From the NCBI RefSeq assembly GCF_021869535.1, contig NW_026262712.1, positions 53,568,001 to 53,632,000 of the forward strand: 64,000 nt of DNA. The letters run 5' to 3'. The notes under the pieces are model-generated. The model was given only the letters and a program-made list of their open reading frames with translations. It was not told the origin of the DNA and did no database searches. The translations under genes were made by a program, and so were the position numbers. Shown here piece by piece: positions 13,468 through 22,535 of this stretch (position 1 is its first letter; each line of letters starts with the position of its first letter). This stretch comes from Mytilus californianus (taxonomy: Eukaryota).

Positions 13468-14976
13468 TTACTCCTGTTTGTGTTTTCTTTTAACTCGGCA
13501 ACAAATCCATTGTAGACACATTACTGATAAAAACCCTATTGTTATAAAAGTGATAATTACATCTATAAGGTAGAACGAATACCAAGGCATATCTATAGAA
13601 GAATGTCGGAAGTGTTCGTTGCCATATTTGGTAACTAAATTAATCAAGTATGCAGCTCGTTCAGGTGGAGTTTGTGGACGGCTATGAAAAATCGCAGAAG
13701 CTTTCATTATGTTAGATTTAAAATGGCCCTTGAAGGCAATATTTCTTATATTTTCTACTAAGTTTTGAACTGTAAAATGGTAAAAATCCATAGTTATTCC
13801 ATAATGTTTGGATGTAATTACGGCAGCATTTGCTGGTTGGTCTACGCCAATGGGGAAAACTATCATTGGGATGCCGTGGTGTAGAGCCTCAAAAACACTA
13901 CTTTTACCTCCATGAGTAATGAATAACTTAGTCTTCGAATGTCCTAATAAGTCATTTTGTGGTATCCATGGCAACATCAAAACATTTTTCATATATTTTA
14001 CCTCTTTTCCTGTGGCAACTACGAAAATTAAGTTCGTCACCATATTAAAAGCTTCGAGCATTTTGCCTAATGTGTTCGTTGGAAGAGTTTTAATAATGCT
14101 TCCGAATGAAACAACTACGATGCCATCTTGGGAACTTTGAACAAAATCATCTAGTTTGTAAGGTAACTGAATCGCAGGTGTTGCAGCAAGTCCACCACAC
14201 ATAATGACATTTGACGGGACTGGATGTGGAAATTCCAATAACATATCATTATCAGCAATATACATTAAGGACTTTTGTTTTATTTTTTCATTAGAAATAC
14301 TTTGTTTTTCCGGTACATATCGTTCTGATAAATTCTCAAAAGAAGGTACTGAAGGACGTAATGATAGCATTAGATATCTAACAGTATTTATAATTCTTTC
14401 AAGGAAAGTCATTTTATCACTAAAACTAGAAAACAGTGTTGGCATGAATGATGGGTTAAATGGCACTCTGTTCACTGAAGGGTCAATAAAGGCCCCTAAA
14501 GAAATAAACGGCAGATTTAATTTGTACGCCATGACAGAGAAGCAGAGAGTAGGTGCATAGTCTACGATGGCATAATCAAAATGCTGGGCGGCTAATTCTT
14601 GCACATGCGCCGTGTCATTTAAATATCCATGACAGAGTGCGTTGGTCCCTTTCAACCACTCGGTCAATGCTGTTATTTTAGCTCCTGACATCATCGTTTC
14701 TACCATCTCTCTTATAATGTCTTCGAAATAAAATTGATCAAGACTCTTTGCTATAATGGTTGAAATATTAAATCCATCATTTATCAAGTCAGTGTTCATC
14801 CTTGATGCCACAGCAAATGTTACTGAATGATTTAACTTATTTAACTCCTTTGAAATTGCAATCATTGGTAACATGTGACTTTTTGACTGTGCCATAATCG
14901 CAATAAACTTTTCTGCGTGTACGTGTAAACTTATTTGGTTACTTAAGGACATCAAAAGTAAAAGTATTTTAATCAT
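13468..14976 (-). CDS. UGT: UDP-glucuronosyl/glycosyltransferase (GT1 family, ER type), 502 aa, single coding exon
   Basis: N-terminal signal peptide; catalytic His region (QSKSHM); UGT signature WIPQNDLLGHSKTKLFITHGGKSSVFEALHHGIPMIVFPIGVDQ; C-terminal TM helix; dilysine-type ER tail KRKHKQE. Confidence 0.97.
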   Translation of the reverse strand: MIKILLLLMSLSNQISLHVHAEKFIAIMAQSKSHMLPMIAISKELNKLNHSVTFAVASRMNTDLINDGFNISTIIAKSLDQFYFEDIIREMVETMMSGAKITALTEWLKGTNALCHGYLNDTAHVQELAAQHFDYAIVDYAPTLCFSVMAYKLNLPFISLGAFIDPSVNRVPFNPSFMPTLFSSFSDKMTFLERIINTVRYLMLSLRPSVPSFENLSERYVPEKQSISNEKIKQKSLMYIADNDMLLEFPHPVPSNVIMCGGLAATPAIQLPYKLDDFVQSSQDGIVVVSFGSIIKTLPTNTLGKMLEAFNMVTNLIFVVATGKEVKYMKNVLMLPWIPQNDLLGHSKTKLFITHGGKSSVFEALHHGIPMIVFPIGVDQPANAAVITSKHYGITMDFYHFTVQNLVENIRNIAFKGHFKSNIMKASAIFHSRPQTPPERAAYLINLVTKYGNEHFRHSSIDMPWYSFYLIDVIITFITIGFLSVMCLQWICCRVKRKHKQE

Positions 14977-15636
14977 TTTTGTTTACCAAATAAAGACAGT
15001 TGTAGAATACGTAATGAGAATATTTTTCTTATCCTTCATGTATCAACTTATTATTATCATTTGGTTACTTTCATCCTTTTGCGACACCTTTTATAATGTT
15101 AAACTCGTGTTGTGTAGATCTATTTTCCAGCAACTTAGTGCATGACCTCTTTGTTGCAAAGGAAATACACTGAAACGAAATAAAAATACAAATATATTAA
15201 TGTGAAATCCTCTTTGGTGGTTACAATGATTTTAATGTTAATTTGTGTTACTGTTTATGTGTGCATCTTTGTATGTGTGTTTGTGTGTTTGGATTATTGA
15301 CTCATTCACGTTTTCCCAACATTTCCATTTATTCAACAAATCTATAAATAATAAAACCTTGCAATAACATTATCGAAATGTTTCCTTTGAACGTTTCGGA
15401 TAAAGGTATTAAAAACGCGTCGGGTGCACTAAATCTATAAAGTTTTACATCATTCGATGTTGTTCTGGTTGACTGTCATTCTATGATGATAAAACTATCA
15501 ACTTTATGACCACTAATGTTTAGTAATAATATAACTCGATTGATGCATTATAACTAAGTTCTTAGTATATAAATTGTGTAATGATACGAAAACGGGGGTT
15601 TCAACTCTCTCATGGAAAGTATTGGACGGTTTCATG

Positions 15637-16745
15637 CATGGGGCGAATTACATAGCAATGTAATGCATTGTATTCCAATTACTTTGACAAAACCAGCATT
15701 ATAATACAATCACAATTACTTGTATTTTGGAAAGTAATGCATTACATTAAAATTACTTTACCAAAGTAATGCATTATATTACACATTACATTTTATAAAT
15801 CTTATAATCAAAAGAAACATTATATATACAATATTTTGTATTGAAATCCTGGTAACCCTTAAATAGGTTTTTTTTAAGTCTACACAAGGTGGTTGTTATA
15901 TTTAATCATCATTAAAGTTTCAAATGTTTCATCTTTCATACACATTCTGTCTGGTCTGAAAACTTTTCCAGCTTTACTGAATAATCGTTCAACTGGTGCA
16001 GATAAAGCAGGAACAGACATATATTTTGATGCTAATTTTGCCATTATTGGAAATTTATTTTCTTGTACTTTCCAATACAAAAGAGGATTGGCATCAGATG
16101 TGTCACACTCTTCTCCAATGCAAGTGGCAATACACTGAGTTGATCCTGACATGTGACGTTTTCGCTTAGGAGTACCTCTAGGAAGAAAACTGAACAAATC
16201 ATCAGTTTTTAATTTTTTTAGCAGAAGAGGAAATGCTGTCAGCATCATCATCCTCTGATTTGAGAGAATTAATCAAAGAAAACTTCTTTTTCAAATCAAC
16301 CATAAGATCATCAACATCTTCTGTCTTGCTCCATAAAAGTTTAAATCTAGTGTCAAGAATTGATGAGGTTGTGTATACATTATCCTCCTCATATTTACAT
16401 AGCCTTTTTGAGAGTGATGCCAATAGAGCAGGCACACATTTAGTGCTGTAATCACTTAACAGCTTGCAAATGTTTTGTTCAAGTGTAATGTAACTGGGGT
16501 CACCATACTACCACTGACATTTTTCTCTCTTTGACCAAGAAGTGTAGCATCCTCAAAGTGTTTGAGAATCTTACAAATTTTACATAACACCTTTCTGTCA
16601 TATGCAGTATTGCTTTCACAATCATTTTTTTCCAATTTACATCTAGAATGTTCAAAATTAAACGGATCATGTGCATTTTGCTATTCCACCTAGTAGCATT
16701 CATTGCATGCAGTCTTTTTTCATCCTTGAAATTACCCCATGCCTG
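15637..16745 (-). mobile_element. Truncated hAT transposon (3' part of transposase plus one end)
   Basis: Frameshifted segments NATRWNS, TSSILDTRFK and LLYWK...PALSAPVERLFSKAG...RPDR (hAT C-terminal dimerisation domain). The terminal region 15637-15800 has repeated GTAATGCATTAC motifs. Confidence 0.8.
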
Positions 16746-17404
16746 GACGGTATTGATAGTTTTCGATTGTTGTAATTTGAGTTATACTAAGTACTTGTTT
16801 TGCTTCGTCGCCATCTTAAAAGGCAACCTGCAAGCAATCCTTCATCAATCGACCAATACAAATTGTTATCTAGACTGCTCAACTTTAAAAGATATAAAGT
16901 TTTTCGAACAATTTTCTTTTGTTAAAGTCTTGTCTTATATATTTTTTACATTGTATATGCCTATAAGTGGATTCTTTTGGAAATAAAATATTATTATTCA
17001 TATTCGTCACTACGATCTAGTAAAGGTCTTTTATCACATTTGATTGTTCTACCATACCTTTTAGTTTTGTTTAATTACAAAATCAACAAGTTTGATCTTT
17101 AACATTGCAGCCAAGGACGATATCTCCAACTCAAATTATGTCAATGGAAATAAACTCATCATAGATATCAGGTTTTAAATATTGTATTTGCGACAAACTA
17201 TCTATTTAATTGAATGTACTACTCAAAAGTTTTAATGCTCTCCTTTTAATTATTTTGCGTCTAAAACTTTTGATCCTGAGCGTTTCTGATGATGGTCATT
17301 GAAGTTGATATCAATATTGAAGACCTACTATTAGCCTACAGATGTCTTATGGTATCTGTTTCGTTGGATTAATGTCTAACTGACATACACCAACGTATCC
17401 GTTT

Positions 17405-17740
17405 TATAGCCTTGGTGGTTTCGATGAAGCTTACTCTCCTCGAGTACGGAAGGTCGTTGGTTCGAACCCCAGCCAGGTCAAACCAGGCACTTGAAAATTG
17501 GAATTGTTTGCATCTCCGCCTAGCACACGCCATTTAGAAGAAAGAGCAAATACTGTTCGGCTCGAAGTCAGAACAATGTGTTCGAGTAAGGTGATATGTC
17601 TTCCTACGGACTGTTACATTACAAAATATCTAAATAAATATCCGGCTCAGTATGTCAGTCTAGTACAAAGCATGTTTTATATTCATATCTCATGATGCAT
17701 TAAATTGGCTACTGGACATTAAAAGCCATTCATCATCATC
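17405..17740 (+). mobile_element. tRNA-derived SINE (Meta/MESC-like mollusc SINE)
   Basis: A-box-like TGGTGG at the 5' end, B box GGTTCGAACC (17459-17468), a body resembling mollusc SINE cores (CAAACC...TCTCCGC.TAGCAC...GAGCAAA), and a short CAT-repeat tail. Confidence 0.7.
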
Positions 17741-18397
17741 GTTATCACAAATTAATCGTTTTTGTTTCAAAATTACAGATGAAAAATGTTTTCGAAATAT
17801 CATGCAAATTGTAAAGATCTTTCGCATAATAAAAATTTTATATTTTATTAATTTTACTTCAGCAAAAAGTAATAATTTAGAATTAAACGAGATCCAAAGT
17901 TCCTATCAGTAATGAAAACAGCATTGCTCAAATGAGCCCAGAGCCAATGTTGTGGATCCTGGAGATCAACGATAACATTTAGATTGAACTCGGAGCAAAG
18001 AGCCATTGTTATCCCCAAATGATATATTATTACACAGTTCGCCTTGTTCCAATACTTTATTTACATGTATAACGTGAAAATTGGTACGCTCTGAAATCGG
18101 TATAGTACGTTTATATTACGTTCAGATGGTTTTAATATTAAAAAGGCTTCCATTTACATAGCAACATAACTGTATATAATGAACTGTAGTTTCGACTGTG
18201 TGTAATTTCGATAGAGCATTATGCAAATGTTTTAATTTAGATAGCAACACGTCAATTACCGATGCTAAAGTTAAATTCAATGGATAAGTGGTTGACGCCG
18301 TCTCAATCGGAAACAGTACGTCTAAAAAAAATGTATTCGAGAAGTTATCTAATAGAAGTCACCGGAGAACGAAACATAGGTTTTTTATATTTTTATG

Positions 18398-18940
18398 TTA
18401 TTGTATTTATACGTCTAAATATGTAACAACTTTACGACATATGTTTTCAATCAGATAACCTGCTGTTAAACAGGGCTAACACTATATTTTATACATACTT
18501 CGTCACAAATTTAACCCAACAATCTTAGATATGTAAATTGGAACCCCTGCATGTGAGACATCGTGACAACACCGCCTGCACTGTGTCTAACATCCTAGAC
18601 CACTCGACCAACTAGACTATATAAAATATAGCGTTCGTCGGTCAAGTAATGCCTTTTCTTCGTCGGATTTATCCAGGGTTGTAACACAGAACATGATGTA
18701 TAGTGGCAAGTAGATGGTTTACCTTGCACATCAGCTGTTATTTTTTCTGTCGTAAAGGATGATAATTTTACTTACTATGCCGTCACATCAAATTTTAGTT
18801 ATATTATATACGTCTAAATATGGGACAACTTTACGACAGACGTTCTCCATCGGATAACCTGTGGTCATGCAGGGCTAACAGCATATTTTAAACATACTTC
18901 GTCACAAATTTAGCCCAACAATGTTAGATATGCAAATTTG
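18398..18940. repeat. ~140-bp direct repeat pair enclosing a tRNA-like segment
   Basis: 18398-18540 and 18798-18940 align, sharing TATACGTCTAAATATG, CAGGGCTAACA and CATACTTCGTCACAAATTT. Confidence 0.75.
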
Positions 18941-18992
18941 AGTTGGAAAATTTTTGTTCCATCCTCAGCCGGAAGATATATATATATATGTC

Positions 18993-19408
18993 TTTTGATT
19001 GAGTTAAGCCATTTTAATTGATATTTTATAGTGTGTCTTTCTATGTTGATATGTTACACTATTGTTTCAGATAAGGGTGAAGGTTTGGTACCATTAAAAC
19101 GTTAAAATCCGCTGCAATTGTTTGCAGCTGTTTTAAGTCAGGAATCTGATGTTCAGTAGTTGTCGTATGTTGATGCTGTTCAGAAGTGTTTCTCGTTTCT
19201 CGTTTTTTATATAGATTAGACCGTTGGTTTTCCCGTTTGAATGGTTTTACACTAGTAATTTTTGGGGCCCTTTATAGCTTGTTGTTCGTTGTGAGCCAAG
19301 GCTCCGTGTTGAAGACCGTACTTTGACGTATATTGGTTTACCTTTATAAATTTTGACTTGGATGGAGAGTTGTCTCATTGGCACTCATACCACATCTTCT
19401 TATATCTA
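18993..19408 (-). repeat. Dispersed repeat, same family as 5665-6356
   Basis: Reverse complement of the first ~410 bp of 5665-6356; abuts the Ginger2 left end. Confidence 0.8.
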
Positions 19409-22204
19409 TATACATATGTAGGACTCTAAAGTGCGATGGTAATCCAAAGTGCGATGGTCACGCTAAAGTGCGATGGTCTACGCTAAAGTGCGATGATGTC
19501 AGACGCTAAAGTGGTTGTTTGTTTTTTAAATGCGATCAGATGACACTCTAAAGCGCGATTATATGACACGCTAAAGTGCATTGGTATAACACGCTAAAGT
19601 GCGATGGTGTAACGGGAATTGTGTTCAGGCTATGGTTTTTGTTTTTTGCTGTGTTCGAGTACCCATCTCTTAAACAAACATGACAAACCATATTGTGAAA
19701 AATTGTTTATAAAATAATTCAATTTAAATGTAAAAAGTAGACTTTATTTCACGCAAGTAAATGACATGGGATTACAAACATAGAAGGAGTTTCTAAATCA
19801 AATTTGGACGAATTAAATACTTTGACACTTGATGTATTTTGCCGTTTTCACTCTCTTTTACAGTATACACCTTCCCTTTATTATCGTCAGTTTCTCTGTC
19901 TATAAGAAGTCCTTTTTTTCCAGAACCCTGACAGAAACACGTTTGTTCCCGCTGACAAAGCTGAATTTGGTTTAAAGTCTATAGTGTCATTAACAACGGG
20001 ATCAAAGGTTTGCATTTATGTTACTGTGGATGATTTTTTGGGAAATAACTCCTCCGGATACATACCACTGTCCCATTCTTCACGATTCTGAAAATCGTAA
20101 AAATAAAGTTACAATGAAATATAACATTGAATCAAAACATGAAAATAACAAATGTAACAAATTGAAACAATTTAAAGAAAAATGTTGAAGTGATTTCGAA
20201 TTAAACAAAGTCCTCACGTAAAAGAAAATTTTCACTATGAATGCAAATATTATTTTTTTTTGTTTGGTAATTTCAGAATACTTTTATATAGCATTCAATA
20301 GTACATAACCAACATATACAAGCATACACTTTTTCGGTCACCTTAAATATAATTTATGTTTTGTCAAAATAAATAAGTTGCTTACTTCAGACACATAAAT
20401 ATCGGTTTCCAAATGACGGCGTTTAAAGCCTGTAATACCGGAATCAGTATGTTGTATGAATCTCCTTGCATATAGGTCCTTATAATATGGGCTAACTTCT
20501 GACTGTAAGCAAATACGAAAAGGTTTGAAAATATTCCATAATGTTTAAGCGTGCATAATATTTTGTACATAAATCAGGTCGTTAGTGTTTTCGTTTGAAT
20601 TGTTTTACATTTGTTATTGCGAAGCCTTTTATATCTGTCTATGCGGTATGTGTTTTTCTCATTGTTGAAGGCCGTACGATTACCTATATTTGTAAACTTT
20701 TATGTCATTTGGTCTCTCGTAGAGAGTTGTCTCATTGGCTATCATACTACATCTTATTATTTGTATATTTTAACTTTTTAAAACAAAATTAATAATTGAA
20801 TAAGTATAGTTTAGACTGCATTGTAACATATGCAATATACAAATGGCATTTAAAAGTAAATCCAGTAAATGACATATCTTTAATGATATTATATTTTATT
20901 TAATTTTTATCAAAAATATACATGATGTTGGACAAACGAACAGAGGTAAATTTATTAAAACACTTAGTACGCAAAAATAAATATTAATTTACATTTGTAT
21001 AAAGTGTTTGAATAATAACTCATAATACTTTAACACACGCCCTGCTGTAAAATCGAAATACATTTCTATACATTTCTTTTAAAAATACCATTGAAGTTGA
21101 TATTGTTTAGGCTATATTTTTAAGAGCTACTTTTCTCTAAGTTATTAAATTAACGTACTTGATGTAAAGTTGTATTGCGCTTCATTTGTGAATTTGAAAT
21201 ATCTCGAAGTGGCTAAGACATTTGAAGCTGCTGTTGTGACGGAATCATTTCATTCGATCTGTCATAAGTCTGTTAGGTATTGTTTACCTAAAAAAATAAA
21301 ATTATTTTTTTTTATTAGGGTGTTAATTTTGAAAGTATACTAAGATTCACAAAAGTTAGGTAACCAATTGTACTTTTTTTTTCAAGAGTAAAAAATCAAA
21401 TGTTATTCCAATACCCAAATTGTCCATATCTATTCTAAACGTTCAATAGTGATCAAACATGTAAGCAACACTTACCTCATAGTTTTCTACGCCATTAGCG
21501 GGCTGCATAGAATGCACATTGCTAGTTGTAGTTTCATTTTCCGTTATTACCTAAAATGTAAAGAAAACAATTATAATCATTCATATACAGGTATAATGTA
21601 CACAAATTCAAAGTACTTTATCTGCTATTATCTATCCCCCCCCAAAGAAACAAATCGATTGTAAATATTAAAGCATTGAAAATTTTAAATAATTATATGA
21701 AATGACTTAATTTAAAAACAGTTGGAATAAACAGTTATGTATCATACCGATTCACGTTCATTGATCATGTTGGTAATTCTTGTGTTCCACAACGACTCAA
21801 CAAATTCCTGATAATCATTTTGAGCATCCACACTGGCAATATCTTGAGCTTTTTTATGCATACTATCACAGTTAATCTATAAAAAGGCAATCAAAATGTG
21901 ATATAAAGCAAGTTTTATAACAAGAAGGGTGATTTAACCTATTTTAAAAATAGAAAATTATATTATGCAATGTTTTACTTTGTTGTTTTAAAAACATTTT
22001 ATTGAAATTTGAACAATCAAAATATCTATATCACCAATGCGCTATTACGTAGAACAAGGTTGTAGCACTCACCTCAGTATTTGTATCTGATGCACCAGCT
22101 GTCACAGAATTATTGGTTAAGATATTATGTATAATCACAGACTGCTGGTTTTCATTATTTTTCTATGAGAAATCTTTATAATACACTGGTACTTTGTTAG
22201 CTAA

Positions 22205-22535
22205 CTCTGCAGGTGGACTATCAGTCCCCGAGGGTATCATCAGCTCAGTAGTCAGTACTTCGGTACTGACATGATTTATAACAAACCTTTCTAAAATTGT
22301 CCGTTTATAAATTTTGAAATTATAAAGAAACTAAGGTTTCAACTCCCTCAGGCAAAGTTGGCCTTAGATGAATTTGGTTATTTTTTTAGGTATTTTTGTC
22401 ATATAGCTCTTCTACTGTTTCGGTACTTATACATCCTCGGATTTTAAATGTTTGGCTTTGAGTGTTCCTGATGAAGGTAAATCCAGAAAAGCGATTCGGA
22501 CGCATGAAATTATAAAACGTGTTGTTTTCAGTTTT
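22205..22535 (+). mobile_element. ~330-bp retrozyme-like insertion in transposase intron 3
   Basis: A discrete, more GC-rich block inside the AT-rich intron 22142-22692, ending in a hammerhead-like motif. Boundaries are approximate. Confidence 0.55.
22462..22503 (+). ncRNA. Minimal type I hammerhead-ribozyme-like motif
   Basis: GUGUUC-CUGAUGA-AGGUAAAUCCA-GAAA-AGCGAUU-C-GGACGC. Stem I GUGUUC/GGACGC pairs; core boxes at 22468-22474 and 22486-22489; UUC cleavage triplet at 22495-22497. Stem II is only 2 bp with a flanking A/A mismatch, which is atypical. Confidence 0.55.

Noticed and set aside
13919-14560. Plus-strand ORFs opposite the UGT, and similar ORFs opposite the TRIM-like genes, receptor, hAT remnant and orphan gene
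   Set aside because: Antisense shadows of real coding sequence with no motifs of their own.
15387-15429. Second hammerhead-like motif ending AAACGCGTC (and a truncated one at ~17272-17295)
   Set aside because: The CUGAUGA box is degraded (CGGATAA) or the GAAA half is missing; at most dead relics.
17405-17480. tRNA genes here, at 31615-31910 and at 47985-48053
   Set aside because: A/B boxes are present but there is no cloverleaf or anticodon arm; they are repeat heads.
21000-21045. Extra transposase exon after TTTACAG near 21043
   Set aside because: It has an early stop and no phase-0 donor, so it was not counted among the nine exons.
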